From assembly GCA_964479955.1 (NCBI GenBank), contig CAYZNK010000001.1, positions 144,091 to 208,090 on the forward strand: a stretch of 64,000 nucleotides of DNA. Reading direction: 5' to 3'. The notes under the pieces are model-generated. The model was not told the origin of the DNA and did not search any database. It saw only the letters and a list, made by a program, of their open reading frames with translations. The position numbers were made by a program, and so were the translations under genes. Of the stretch, positions 46,563 to 57,012 are shown piece by piece. Positions within the stretch are counted from its first letter, which is position 1, and each line of letters starts with the position of its first letter. The stretch is from an uncultured Candidatus Saccharibacteria bacterium. GTDB lineage: Bacteria; Patescibacteriota; Minisyncoccia; Minisyncoccales; Staskawiczbacteraceae.

Positions 46563-47508
46563 ATAAGTCAATATTTTTTTTGAACCATTCTATGTCTTTT
46601 TTTATTCCTTGTTCCAGGTTATATTTGGGCTCCCAATTTAAAAGTTTTTTGGTCTTTGAAATGTTTGCTACCCAGCTTTTTGGTTCTGTTTGGGAGATTT
46701 TCATTTTTCCATAGTTAGGCCTTACTGAACTCATGGCGATTTTTTTGGTTGTTTTAAATACTTGGTCTATTGTGCTTTGTTTGCCAGATCCTAAGTTAAA
46801 AATTTCACCCTTAACTTTTCTAATATTTTTGATTGTAGCCAAGTATCCGTCAATTAAATCTTCAATAAAAATAAAATCCCTTACAGATTTTGGGTTTGAA
46901 AGGTTTAACTCTGTATTTTTAAGACAAGATTTTATAATGTCTGTAAATAATCTTCCTTCTTCTTCAAAATATCCATAAACAGCAAATGGTCTTATAGTGA
47001 CAATGGGGAAGTTAAATTTTCTTGCCATCATTTGGCCGTATTGGGTGATAGCTGATTTTGTAATGCCATAAAGATTATCTGGCTCTAAAACATCGGTTTC
47101 TTTCATTGGCTTTGACTTTATGCCGTATTCGGAGCTTGAGCCTGTGTTGATAAAACACTTAACGCCAACCTTGTCGCAGGCGTTTATCAAATTTATTGAG
47201 CTTATTACATTTGTATCTATTGTGGCTTCTGTATCCTGTTGAAACCTTTGATATGCCCCGTAAGCTGCAAAATGTATTACAATATCGGGTTTGATTTTTG
47301 ATATTATTTTTTCAGTTTCATTATAGTCTGTTAAATCGGGGGAGTATAAATGTATTTTATTTTTTATTTTTTCAATGCGCCATAAATTTGCTTCTTTTCT
47401 TTCAAAAACAGAAACGTTGTGTCCTAATTCTAAGAATTTATAAATAAAATTAGCGCCGATAAACCCGGCACCACCAGTAATCAGAATTTTTTTATTATTT
47501 TCAACCAT
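46555..47508 (-). CDS. NDP-sugar epimerase/reductase (SDR)
   Basis: TGGAGFIG, GSSSEYG, YGITK. Confidence 0.88.
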   Translation of the reverse strand: MVENNKKILITGGAGFIGANFIYKFLELGHNVSVFERKEANLWRIEKIKNKIHLYSPDLTDYNETEKIISKIKPDIVIHFAAYGAYQRFQQDTEATIDTNVISSINLINACDKVGVKCFINTGSSSEYGIKSKPMKETDVLEPDNLYGITKSAITQYGQMMARKFNFPIVTIRPFAVYGYFEEEGRLFTDIIKSCLKNTELNLSNPKSVRDFIFIEDLIDGYLATIKNIRKVKGEIFNLGSGKQSTIDQVFKTTKKIAMSSVRPNYGKMKISQTEPKSWVANISKTKKLLNWEPKYNLEQGIKKDIEWFKKNIDLYE

Positions 47509-47522
47509 TTTTACCTATTTAA

Positions 47523-48467
47523 TTAGATTTTGGTTTTTATCCAGTCAAAGGTTTCTTTTATTCCATCTTCAAAGCTTGTCTTTGGCTCCCATTCAAGAAC
47601 TTCTCTTGCTTTTGTCCAGTCAAGATATTGCTCTGGTATTTCGTTTTTAGAAATATTAAGAACTTTATAATTTGTGTTTGTATTTAGGGCTTTGTCTATT
47701 TTATTTACTGTTTCTATAACATTAAAAATATTTTTGCTGCCAAAATTAAATGCCTGCCCCAAAACTTTTTCTTTATTTTCAATAAGTTTTATGCATCCTT
47801 GCACAATGTCTTTTACATAAGTATATTCTCTTATCATTTTCCCGTCGCTTCTTATGGGAAATTCTTTATTTTTAATAATTGCTTCCATTGTGCCTGGAAT
47901 TATTCTTGAAAGATTTAAATCTCCTGGTCCGTAAACATTACTGAATCTTGTTATTACAACAGGAAGTTTGTAGGTTGAAAAATATGTTTGGGCAATTAAG
48001 TCTGCTGAAGACTTTGAAGCGTCATAGGGGTGGTCTCCTTTAAGTGGGCAGGTTTCTTTATAGGGTAGTTTTTCGGCTTTTCCATAAGCTTTGTCAGAAG
48101 ATACAACAACAATTGTTTCCAGATTTCCTTGTAGTCTGCAAGCTTCTAAAATATTAACTGTTCCCATAACGTTTGTTTCTATTGCCTCGTAAGGATTTTC
48201 AAAAGCCTTATCAACAATTGGCTGAGCGGCAAAATGAAAAACGATATTTGGTTTTTCATTTTCAAAAATTTCAAAAATAGCTTTTTTGTCTCTTACGTCA
48301 GCTTCATAAAATTTGGTCAATGAATTTATATTTTCTTCTTTTCCAGATGACAAATTGTCTATCACAACAACAGCATGATTTTTTTTAACCAATTCATTAA
48401 CTAAATTAGACCCTATAAACCCAGCTCCGCCAGTTATGATTATTTTTTTAGAATTTAATTTTGCCAT
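47523..48467 (-). CDS. CDP-glucose 4,6-dehydratase-like SDR (RfbG-like)
   Basis: HFAAQPIV, NVMGT, SSDKAYG, PYDASKS, NVYGPGD; downstream of rfbF. Confidence 0.75.
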   Translation of the reverse strand: MAKLNSKKIIITGGAGFIGSNLVNELVKKNHAVVVIDNLSSGKEENINSLTKFYEADVRDKKAIFEIFENEKPNIVFHFAAQPIVDKAFENPYEAIETNVMGTVNILEACRLQGNLETIVVVSSDKAYGKAEKLPYKETCPLKGDHPYDASKSSADLIAQTYFSTYKLPVVITRFSNVYGPGDLNLSRIIPGTMEAIIKNKEFPIRSDGKMIREYTYVKDIVQGCIKLIENKEKVLGQAFNFGSKNIFNVIETVNKIDKALNTNTNYKVLNISKNEIPEQYLDWTKAREVLEWEPKTSFEDGIKETFDWIKTKI

Positions 48468-49261
48468 ATTTTCCATTTTGGGTCTTTTTCCCAAAGGTCG
48501 TTTAAAAATAAATAATCTTTATATGTATCCATTCCATACCAAAAACCATCGTGTTTGTATAAAGCGATCTGTTTTTCTGAAATTAATCTTGCCATAGCAT
48601 CTTCTATCATATCTCCGGGCTTTAGATAATTAAAAAATTCTTTGTTAAAAACCATAAATCCACCATTTACATAATCATACAACATTGGCTTTTGGGCAAA
48701 TTCTGTAATTAAATTTTCGCTATCAGAATTTACTAACCCCCATCTTGAAACAGGATGAACTCCTGTAACGGTTCCAATTTTTCCGTGTTTTTTATGGAAT
48801 TCAATTAATTTTTCTATATTAATATCGGAAATTCCATCTCCATAGGTTACCATAAACATATCTTCTGTGATATATTTTTTTAGCCTTAAAACCCTTTCTC
48901 CGTGAGGTGTTTCTAATCCTGTGTCAGAAAAAATAATATTAAAATCATCTACAGGGTCATCTGGAGTATTATTATCAAATGTAATAACTTTGCCGTCTTT
49001 TGTGTTTATAGAAATATCGTTATTGCAATGTTTTTGTTTAATAAAATGTTCTTTTATAGCAGAGCCCTTATATCCCAATGCTAAAATGAAATCACGATAA
49101 CCATAATGGTTATATATTTTCATGATATGCCACAAAATAGGAGCACCTCCAATTTCAACCATTGGCTTTGGTTTAAATTCTGTTTCTTCTTTAAGTCTTG
49201 TTCCTGTTCCACCGCAAAGTATTATTGTTTTTATTTTAGAATTAGGATTGTTTTGTTCCAT
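48455..49261 (-). CDS. rfbF: Glucose-1-phosphate cytidylyltransferase
   Basis: LCGGTGTRLKEETEFKPKPMVEIG, ILWHIMK, LGYKG, TYGDG, HDGFWYGMDT. Confidence 0.92.
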   Translation of the reverse strand: MEQNNPNSKIKTIILCGGTGTRLKEETEFKPKPMVEIGGAPILWHIMKIYNHYGYRDFILALGYKGSAIKEHFIKQKHCNNDISINTKDGKVITFDNNTPDDPVDDFNIIFSDTGLETPHGERVLRLKKYITEDMFMVTYGDGISDINIEKLIEFHKKHGKIGTVTGVHPVSRWGLVNSDSENLITEFAQKPMLYDYVNGGFMVFNKEFFNYLKPGDMIEDAMARLISEKQIALYKHDGFWYGMDTYKDYLFLNDLWEKDPKWKIWQN

Positions 49262-49278
49262 ATTTATAGTTTAATAAT

Positions 49279-49998
49279 TTATTGGCTATTTTTTTTACCT
49301 ATTTTTTTTATTGACTTTGGTAAGTGTAAATCTCCTGCAAATATATAAAAATTTTTAGAAAAAAGTTTATATCTGTTTTCAAAGCGGTCTTTTAAAGAAT
49401 TTTTTTCCACTTTTGTTGCAAAGGTAATTGAATTTACGGTGTTAATATTTTTAAAATATTTTGATTTATAAACTAAATTTTTGACAACCTTTTTTGGGCC
49501 CGGAAATCCGTTACCAACACTGTCATGAAAAGCCATTATTCCTCCATTTATAACTTTAGGGAACCATAAATCAAAATCTAATTTTACAGACTCATATTTG
49601 TGGTCTCCGTCTATAAAAATAAATTCAACTGGTTCATTAAAATTTTTTACGGCTTGTTCAGATGTTTTTATAATGGGAAAAATAATATCATCTACATTTG
49701 CTGTTTTAATATTTTTTTTAAATTCTTCAAAGGTTGTTAAAGATTTTTGATTTTCAATAAGTCCTGCATTTTCGTTTAGAGAACCTGTATACGGGTCAAT
49801 AGCATAAATTTTTATTTTTTTTCCTTCTTTTGACCCTAATCCTATCCAAACTGTGGAGGTTCCTTTCCATGACCCTATTTCAACAATTACGCCTCTGTCT
49901 TGGCAATTTTTTGCCGTATTAAACAAAAACAGACCCTCGTCTTCGGCTAAAAAACCATCAATATTTTGAGCTATTTTTTTAATTTCTGTTATTAACAT
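49279..49998 (-). CDS. Class I methyltransferase (Methyltransf_24-like)
   Basis: VEIGSWKGTS, FIDGDHKYE, GGIMAFHD; ATG at 49998 (the upstream extension is AT-rich intergenic DNA). Confidence 0.88.
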   Translation of the reverse strand: MLITEIKKIAQNIDGFLAEDEGLFLFNTAKNCQDRGVIVEIGSWKGTSTVWIGLGSKEGKKIKIYAIDPYTGSLNENAGLIENQKSLTTFEEFKKNIKTANVDDIIFPIIKTSEQAVKNFNEPVEFIFIDGDHKYESVKLDFDLWFPKVINGGIMAFHDSVGNGFPGPKKVVKNLVYKSKYFKNINTVNSITFATKVEKNSLKDRFENRYKLFSKNFYIFAGDLHLPKSIKKIGKKNSQ

Positions 49999-50136
49999 AA
50001 AATTCTTTTGGGTTCTAAAACATCTTGATTCTAAGTATTTTAAGGAATATAATAAGCAAATAAATATTATATAAATATATAATAAATAAATAAGAATTAC
50101 AAGCTTATAATAGAACAAAATAGTGCTAAAAACTTT

Positions 50137-51129
50137 ATGAAAATTCCTAAAATTAGTGTAATGCTTTTAACTTATAATAGAGGGAAATTAGTCTCAAGGT
50201 CTATTAAAAGCGTTTTAAATCAAACTTTTAAAGATTTTGAATTGGTAATTGTTAATAATGCAGCAGAAGATAACACAGACCAAGTTATAAAGCCATTTTT
50301 AAGCGATTCAAGGGTTGTTTATAAAAAACTTGATAAAAACATAGGTCCTTTTGGCGGAATAAACACAATGTTAGATATGGTAAAGGGCAAATATATAATT
50401 AATATGGCAGATGATGATGAATTATTACCCGATGCCTTACAAATCATTTCAGATAATTTTGATAAATTTGAACCAAAAGGAATAAAAATATTGTGGTTTG
50501 ACTGCGTTGACGCAGAAGCTCAAAGGTATAGCGGAATTGGTATAAGAGAGGAGGGCCCAATAACCTATGAAGATTATTTATGTAATAGGTTTCAAGGTGA
50601 TTACCAAGTGATTATGTCAAGGGAAGTTATATGTAAAGAAAGGTTTGATCAAAACGCATGGGGAGGGATGACAACAGTGTTTAATTTAAGATGCCACAAA
50701 GGAAATAAAGCATATTATATACCAAAAGTTATTGAAAAAATGTATAGAGAACATGGAGAAAGCCGTATTACTGTTCCTGAAACCTCTTTGCTTAACCATA
50801 TACCCAAAATAGTTTGTACAATGAAAATGTTTATAGAAGAATTTGGCAAAGAAATTAAAAACTTATGCCCAAGATGCTATGGACCAAGACTGGCTTCTTT
50901 GGGGTTTTACCAAATTTTAAACGGAGAGAAAAAAGACGGCAGAAAAACTATTTTAGAATCTTTTAAGTATAGTTTTTCTTTATTTCACTTTTTTATTTTT
51001 TTATTTTCTTTTATTTTAAACAAAGATCAAATTAAATTTGTTTGCCTTAAATTTTTTTTGATAAGAAAAATAGTTGTTGACTTTTTAAAAAAATTTACAA
51101 AACCAGTAATTATTTCTAAGGCAAACTAA
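50137..51129 (+). CDS. Family 2 glycosyltransferase
   Basis: ISVMLLTYNR, SVLNQT, ADDD. Confidence 0.9.
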   Translation: MKIPKISVMLLTYNRGKLVSRSIKSVLNQTFKDFELVIVNNAAEDNTDQVIKPFLSDSRVVYKKLDKNIGPFGGINTMLDMVKGKYIINMADDDELLPDALQIISDNFDKFEPKGIKILWFDCVDAEAQRYSGIGIREEGPITYEDYLCNRFQGDYQVIMSREVICKERFDQNAWGGMTTVFNLRCHKGNKAYYIPKVIEKMYREHGESRITVPETSLLNHIPKIVCTMKMFIEEFGKEIKNLCPRCYGPRLASLGFYQILNGEKKDGRKTILESFKYSFSLFHFFIFLFSFILNKDQIKFVCLKFFLIRKIVVDFLKKFTKPVIISKAN

Positions 51130-51145
51130 ATAAAAATGCAAAAAA

Positions 51146-52621
51146 ATGTCAGAAAATAAAATATTTATTAAAAGAATTGTAATAGTATTTGCCTCTAAAT
51201 TTATAACAAGCCTTAGAGGTTTAATTTTATTGCCTCTTTTAACTAAATTTATGGGGCCATCAAATTATGGCATCTGGTCTCAAATTCTAGTAACAATTGG
51301 TATTTTTTCACCTGTTATAATGTTAAATCTAACTGGATCTACTGTAAGGTTTTTATCAGCAGAAAAAGATAATAAAAAAATTTCTCAAGGTCTTTTTACG
51401 GTTTTCTTTACAACTTTTTTTGTTGGTATATTTTTTGCTTTAGCGTTGTTTTTATTTTCAGATTCTTTTGCAAATATTTTATTAAAAGAACCGTCGGCAT
51501 CTTTTTTTATTAAACTAACCTCTGTTCTTTTAATTTTAGAAGCATTAAATCAAACAGCATTAGAATCTTTTAGAGTTATAGGTCAAATTAAAAAATATTC
51601 CAAATTAACTATTTTCCAAAATATTTTTGAAGTAGGTCTTATAGCAATATTTATTTTTTCTGGTTTTGGTTTGTTTGGCGCAATAATAGCCCTATTAATA
51701 GGCAGAATTTTGATTATATTAATTTCTTTATATTCCATTATTTCTTCTGTAGGATTTAACGCGCCAAATTTTTCAGTTTTAAAAACATATTTAATATTTG
51801 GATTGCCATTTTTACCAATGGGAATTTTTGAAATGTTAATTAACTTAAGCGACAGGTATATAATAGGATTTTTTAAAGGAGCCCAAGCTGTTGGAATTTA
51901 TTCGGCCACACACAGTATAGGGCTTTTGGCTGGAGTTTTTGTTTTTCCAATTGCCTATATTTTATCTCCAACTGTTTTTAAATTTTTTGATGAAAATAAA
52001 ATAGATAAAGTAAAAAGTTATTTATCTTTTGCATTAAAATATTTTTTATTGTTTTCAATTCCATCTATTTTTGGGCTTTTTATTTTAGCAAAAACTATGT
52101 TAAGAACGCTTGCAACTCCAGAATTTGTTTTATTAAATAGTATGTTTATTGTATTGTGGGTTGCTATGGGGTCGGTTTTTTATGGAATTCAAGCAATTTA
52201 TAGCAACATAATAATGATAGAAAAGAAAACAAAATTTTTTATTTTTGCTTTTGCTATAGGTTTTTTTGTCAATATTGTTTTAAATATAATTTTTATTCCT
52301 ATTTTTGGCATAATGGCCGCAGCATTCAATGCGGCAATTAGTCATTTTATAGTTGCCTTTTTAATATATTTAAAATCAATCAAATATATTAAATTTAATT
52401 TTGATTTTTTATTTTTTATAAAAAGTATTTTTGCCTCTTTAATAATGTCGTTATCAATTTATTTTATAAATCCAATAGGGATAACAAAAACTATATTGGT
52501 GATTGTTTTGGGTGTTATTGTTTATTTTATAGTTTTGTTTTTGACAAAATCATTTTCTAAAGAAGAAATTAAAATTTTAATTTCTTCTGTTAAAAAAGAT
52601 AATTTTTCTAAAAAATATTAA
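51146..52621 (+). CDS. Second Wzx-type flippase
   Basis: PLLTKFMGPSNYG, SDRYIIG..VGIYS, LNIIFIPIFGIMAAA; many TMs. Confidence 0.9.
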   Translation: MSENKIFIKRIVIVFASKFITSLRGLILLPLLTKFMGPSNYGIWSQILVTIGIFSPVIMLNLTGSTVRFLSAEKDNKKISQGLFTVFFTTFFVGIFFALALFLFSDSFANILLKEPSASFFIKLTSVLLILEALNQTALESFRVIGQIKKYSKLTIFQNIFEVGLIAIFIFSGFGLFGAIIALLIGRILIILISLYSIISSVGFNAPNFSVLKTYLIFGLPFLPMGIFEMLINLSDRYIIGFFKGAQAVGIYSATHSIGLLAGVFVFPIAYILSPTVFKFFDENKIDKVKSYLSFALKYFLLFSIPSIFGLFILAKTMLRTLATPEFVLLNSMFIVLWVAMGSVFYGIQAIYSNIIMIEKKTKFFIFAFAIGFFVNIVLNIIFIPIFGIMAAAFNAAISHFIVAFLIYLKSIKYIKFNFDFLFFIKSIFASLIMSLSIYFINPIGITKTILVIVLGVIVYFIVLFLTKSFSKEEIKILISSVKKDNFSKKY

Positions 52622-53748
52622 TGGAAAATAAAATTTTATTAAGCATTGTTATACCAACTTACAATAGGGCTTTATATATAGCTAATCTTTTAAATTGTAT
52701 CACTTCACAAATTAAAGAATTTAAAGATTCTATTGAAATATGTATTTCAAATAATTGCTCTACTGACAACACAAGAGAGGTTATTATAAATTTTTCTAAA
52801 AAATATCCGGAGCTTATAAAGTATAACGAAAACGAAAAAAATTTGGGATTTAACAAAAATATGTTTAAGGTAATTCATATGCCAAAAGGTGAGTTTGTTT
52901 GGTTTTTTTGTGACGACGACACTATTGCAAATAATGGAATAAAAAAAGTTATAGATTTTTTAAAAAATAGCCAAAAAGAAAATACAGGATTTGTGAGTGT
53001 GGCAACAAGGTCATATTTTATTGATAAACAAACAGGCAAACAAATAACTTATTCCAAAAGTATAGAAGAGAATAAACCCAATATTTATGAGTTAGATTTA
53101 AAAGATATTATGGGACAAACAATTCCTACATCGGTTTTTACTCCGTCAATGATTTTTAATAATTATTATTTAAAAAAAATTCTTGAGGAAGAAAAAGAAT
53201 TATTAAATAAAGCGGTAGAAGCAGGAGAATATATACAAACCTTTTTATATCGTTTATTGTTTTTAAAATATCCAACTTTAAAAGCGTTGCGTTTTAATGA
53301 AGAGGTGATTAATGACGAGGCCCATCTTTATAAGTTTTACCTTGACGATATTTTTCAATTACACTATATTACTTGGACAAAGCTGTGCGACATTTTGATT
53401 AAAAATAAATACGCAAACGACTATTATAAAAAAATAATTGAGAAAGATAAAAAGAGAGCGATGAAGACTGTTATTATTGAAATGGGTTTAATGAGGTGTT
53501 TTGCTGCGTTTAATTATTCTTCTTTTTCTGGGTGTATCAAAATGTTTTTTAGAGAGGCGCCATTTTTCCGTGCGTTGTTATTTTCCATCTTTTTTATTAT
53601 TTTTAATATCATTCCTCCATTTATCCTAAGAAATTTATACAAAACCTATATCAAAATAAGACATAAAAAAAACTGGAAGAAAACATGGCTTTATATTACT
53701 GTTAAAAATTCAGAGATGGCCAAGGGTAGCCGCAGATTATATGATTAA
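52621..53748 (+). CDS. Family 2 glycosyltransferase (RfbV-like N-terminus)
   Basis: LSIVIPTYNRA, ISNNCSTDNT, NEKNLG, FCDDD. Confidence 0.9.
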   Translation: MENKILLSIVIPTYNRALYIANLLNCITSQIKEFKDSIEICISNNCSTDNTREVIINFSKKYPELIKYNENEKNLGFNKNMFKVIHMPKGEFVWFFCDDDTIANNGIKKVIDFLKNSQKENTGFVSVATRSYFIDKQTGKQITYSKSIEENKPNIYELDLKDIMGQTIPTSVFTPSMIFNNYYLKKILEEEKELLNKAVEAGEYIQTFLYRLLFLKYPTLKALRFNEEVINDEAHLYKFYLDDIFQLHYITWTKLCDILIKNKYANDYYKKIIEKDKKRAMKTVIIEMGLMRCFAAFNYSSFSGCIKMFFREAPFFRALLFSIFFIIFNIIPPFILRNLYKTYIKIRHKKNWKKTWLYITVKNSEMAKGSRRLYD

Positions 53749-53762
53749 AAATATATGAATAT

Positions 53763-54482
53763 ATGATGGAAAAAAATGTATATGACGATATTGACCCTGA
53801 AGTTTACGAAAGCAGGCGGGGTCAGGATCAAAAGCAAGAATATTTATATGAACATTGGGAACCCTTTGTATCAGATTTAATTGTTAAATATTCAAAAGGA
53901 CATATTGTTTTAGACTTAGGGTGCGGAACCGGAAAGTATTCTTTTGAAATCGCAAAGCATGCTAAAAAAGTTTTTGCATTAGATTCTTCAGAAAGAATGT
54001 TGGATTATGCTAAGAAAAAGTATCCAGAGATGAAGTTTATATATGCTGATGCAACAAACACTCCGCTTGAGGATAATAGCATTGATGTTGTGTTTTCTTT
54101 TGGACTTCTGGAATATGTCAAAAATAAAGAAAAGTTAATTAAAGAAATATCAAGGCTGTTAAAACATGGAGGAACAGCTATAGTTTCATCAACAAATATA
54201 TATAGTATTCCCTGTTTTTTTATAGCGATATATTATAAGATTATTGGCAAGAAGAGAATGACTACAGAACCCTCTTTTGGCAAGATGAAAAAAATATTTA
54301 ATGCTCTTGGTTTTGAAATTATCGATTATAAAATGGATGATGGATTATTCTGGTTACCGTGTAAATTGGATAAACTCTTTGGTAAAAAAACATATTTATT
54401 TATAGAAAATTTTTTTAAGATTTTTAAACGGAATCCTTTTAGTACGGTAATGTTTTTTATCATTAAAAAATTAGATTACTAA
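53763..54482 (+). CDS. Class I SAM-dependent methyltransferase
   Basis: VLDLGCGTG, LDSSERML, LLKHGG. Confidence 0.9.
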   Translation: MMEKNVYDDIDPEVYESRRGQDQKQEYLYEHWEPFVSDLIVKYSKGHIVLDLGCGTGKYSFEIAKHAKKVFALDSSERMLDYAKKKYPEMKFIYADATNTPLEDNSIDVVFSFGLLEYVKNKEKLIKEISRLLKHGGTAIVSSTNIYSIPCFFIAIYYKIIGKKRMTTEPSFGKMKKIFNALGFEIIDYKMDDGLFWLPCKLDKLFGKKTYLFIENFFKIFKRNPFSTVMFFIIKKLDY

Positions 54483-54520
54483 AATTAAAAAATAAATATT
54501 AATTATTATTTTAAAAAATT

Positions 54521-55168
54521 ATGTTAACAAAAAATTATTTTATTAAAATTTTAAAAAATATATATACTAAAATACCCGGCAAAGGGATGCCTCGCAGATA
54601 TAAATATCTATGTAAAACCGTAAAAGAAAATAAAGCCCGCAAGATTATGGAAATAGGCACTTGGACGGGCATACATGCTTTAGAAATGATAGAAGAGGCA
54701 AAAAAGAATTTTAAGCCGGAGGAAATTGAATACTATGGTTTTGATTTATTTGAGATGTTAGATGAAAATACTAGCACAAAGGAGTTTTCTATTCCACCAC
54801 CATCCTTTAAAGAAGTTGAGGAAAAATTAAAAAAAACAGGAGTGCATATAAACTTATACAAAGGTTATACTAAAGATACTCTTGCTGAACAGGTTGGTAA
54901 ATTACCTAAAATGGATTTTATTTACATAGACGGAGGACACAGTGTTGAAACCATTGAAAATGATTGGAGATATGCGGAAATGTTTATGGGTAAAAATACG
55001 GTAGTCATCTTTGATGATTATTGGAATAAAGACGATGCGGGTTGTAAAAAGATTATTGAGAGTATAGATAGTAATAAATTTGATGTAGAAATTTTGCCCG
55101 TACAAGATAAGTTTAAAAAAGATTGGGGAATTTTAACAATAAATTTTGCAAAGATTACTAGAAAATAA
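54521..55168 (+). CDS. Class I methyltransferase (Methyltransf_24-like)
   Basis: MEIGTWTG, GFDLF, IDGGHS, IFDDY. Confidence 0.85.
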   Translation: MLTKNYFIKILKNIYTKIPGKGMPRRYKYLCKTVKENKARKIMEIGTWTGIHALEMIEEAKKNFKPEEIEYYGFDLFEMLDENTSTKEFSIPPPSFKEVEEKLKKTGVHINLYKGYTKDTLAEQVGKLPKMDFIYIDGGHSVETIENDWRYAEMFMGKNTVVIFDDYWNKDDAGCKKIIESIDSNKFDVEILPVQDKFKKDWGILTINFAKITRK

Positions 55169-55182
55169 CAAACATAACATAA

Positions 55183-55899
55183 ATGAAATATAATAAATTT
55201 TTTAGGTTTTTAATTTTTTTTACAAGAAGGATAAAAGACAATCTGATAAGACTTTGGGTAATGCCTCAAAATAAGTTAAGAATTTTAAATTATTTAAAAA
55301 ATCATAATATAAAAAAATTGCACTTAGGAGCAGGTGGAAATATTTTAAAAGATTGGCTTAATACAGATATAAACCCTGATATTAAAACAGGGGCTTATCT
55401 TAATGTTGCAAAAAAATTTCCTTTTAAAAATAATACTTTTGACTATATATTTTCAGAACACCTTATTGAACACCTAGAAATTAGAAAAGGAATTTTTTCA
55501 TTAAAAGAATGTTTTCGCGTTTTAAAACCGGGTGGAAAAATAAGAATTTCTACTCCTAATCTTGGATTTTTAATAGAACTTTATAATCCACAAAAAAGCG
55601 AAATACAAACTCAAGAAATAAAAAGAATTGTAGATATGGTTTATGCTGATTTAAAAATATATCAAGATATTTTTGTGATAAATAATTTTTTTAGAAGCTG
55701 GGGGCATAAATTTATTTATGACTATAAACTACTTAAAGAGCTTGTAGAAAAAATAGGGTTTATAAATGTGGGTAGTTTTGAAGTTAAAAAATCTGATGAT
55801 GAAAACTTGCGGGGATTAGAAGCACATGGAAGATTTATTTCTGAAGAAATTAATAAACTACAAACATTTATTATTGAGGCACAAAAACCTAAAAATTAA
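55183..55899 (+). CDS. SAM-dependent methyltransferase (type 11-like)
   Basis: KLHLGAG, WLNTD, SEHLIEHL, RVLKPGG..STP. Confidence 0.87.
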   Translation: MKYNKFFRFLIFFTRRIKDNLIRLWVMPQNKLRILNYLKNHNIKKLHLGAGGNILKDWLNTDINPDIKTGAYLNVAKKFPFKNNTFDYIFSEHLIEHLEIRKGIFSLKECFRVLKPGGKIRISTPNLGFLIELYNPQKSEIQTQEIKRIVDMVYADLKIYQDIFVINNFFRSWGHKFIYDYKLLKELVEKIGFINVGSFEVKKSDDENLRGLEAHGRFISEEINKLQTFIIEAQKPKN

Positions 55900-55901
55900 C
55901 C

Positions 55902-57011
55902 ATGAAAATAGCAATTGTGGCTTCAAGATTTCCACCACAAGGAGAGGTTGGTGGAATTGAAATAGCCAGTCAAAACATATCAAATCAATTATCAAAGATG
56001 GGAAACAATGTTTTTATTGTTGCTTTTGGCAAAGAAAAAAATATAGAAATTTTAGATAATAATTTAACTATATATAGACTGTCGTATCCTAAAATAAAAA
56101 TTTTAGGCAATTTAATTTTTTGGATTAAAATTTTTTTTGCGTTAAGAAAAATAAATCCAGACATTGTCCATTGTCAAACAATACAAATGGGCTTGCCGTG
56201 TTTTTTATTTAAAAAAATTTATAAAAAGCCATATATTGTTTGGTGTCATGGTTTTGATGTTTATTTTTTATGGAAATTTAAAAAAATTATTTCTAAAATT
56301 GTTTTAAATTCGGCAAATGCTGTTGTTGCGCTTACAGAAGATATGAAAAAAGAGATTAAAAAGAATTTTAAAAATGAAATTTTAGTATTGCCAAATGGAG
56401 TTGATTTAGAAAAATTTAAGGGGTTTTCAAAAGAAATTGTTCATGATAAGCTCAAAATACCAATTGAGGAAAAAGTAATTCTTTTTGTGGGGGAGCTTAA
56501 AAAAGTAAAGGGACTAGAGTATTTGATTGAAGCTTTTAAAAAAATAAATCAAAGATTTGTAAATTCTAAATTATTATTAGTAGGAGGCGGGTTAGAAAAA
56601 GAAAACTTAGAGAATATTGTTAAAAAAAACAATTTGCAAAACAAGATTATTTTTGTGGGCAGAATTGCAAATCAAGAAGTTTGTGAATATATGATAGGAT
56701 CTGATGTATTTGTTTTACCAAGCTTATCAGAAGGTTTTCCATTAGTTATTTTAGAGGCAATGGCATCTGGTCTTCCTATTGTTGCAACAAAAGTAAGAGG
56801 TTTGTCTGAAATATTAAAAGATAATAAGAATGGGTTTTTAGTTGACCCAAAAAATTCAGAAGATCTTTTTCAAAGAATTTTGATTCTTTTAGAAAACGAC
56901 CAGTTAAGAAAAGAAATATCTAATTTAAATAAAAATCAGGCAAAAGAATATAGTTGGGAAAAAATTACAAAAGAAATTGAAAAAATATATTTAAAAGCAA
57001 TATCTAAATAA
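55902..57011 (+). CDS. Family 4 glycosyltransferase
   Basis: PNGVD, FVLPSLSEGFPLVILEAMASG. Confidence 0.94.
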   Translation: MKIAIVASRFPPQGEVGGIEIASQNISNQLSKMGNNVFIVAFGKEKNIEILDNNLTIYRLSYPKIKILGNLIFWIKIFFALRKINPDIVHCQTIQMGLPCFLFKKIYKKPYIVWCHGFDVYFLWKFKKIISKIVLNSANAVVALTEDMKKEIKKNFKNEILVLPNGVDLEKFKGFSKEIVHDKLKIPIEEKVILFVGELKKVKGLEYLIEAFKKINQRFVNSKLLLVGGGLEKENLENIVKKNNLQNKIIFVGRIANQEVCEYMIGSDVFVLPSLSEGFPLVILEAMASGLPIVATKVRGLSEILKDNKNGFLVDPKNSEDLFQRILILLENDQLRKEISNLNKNQAKEYSWEKITKEIEKIYLKAISK

Positions 57012-57012
57012 T

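Noticed and set aside
49999-50118. Hydrophobic 40-aa N-terminal extension of the methyltransferase in the ORF track
   Set aside because: Low-complexity I/L/Y/F translation of an AT-rich divergent promoter spacer; the ATG at 49998 fits the domain start.
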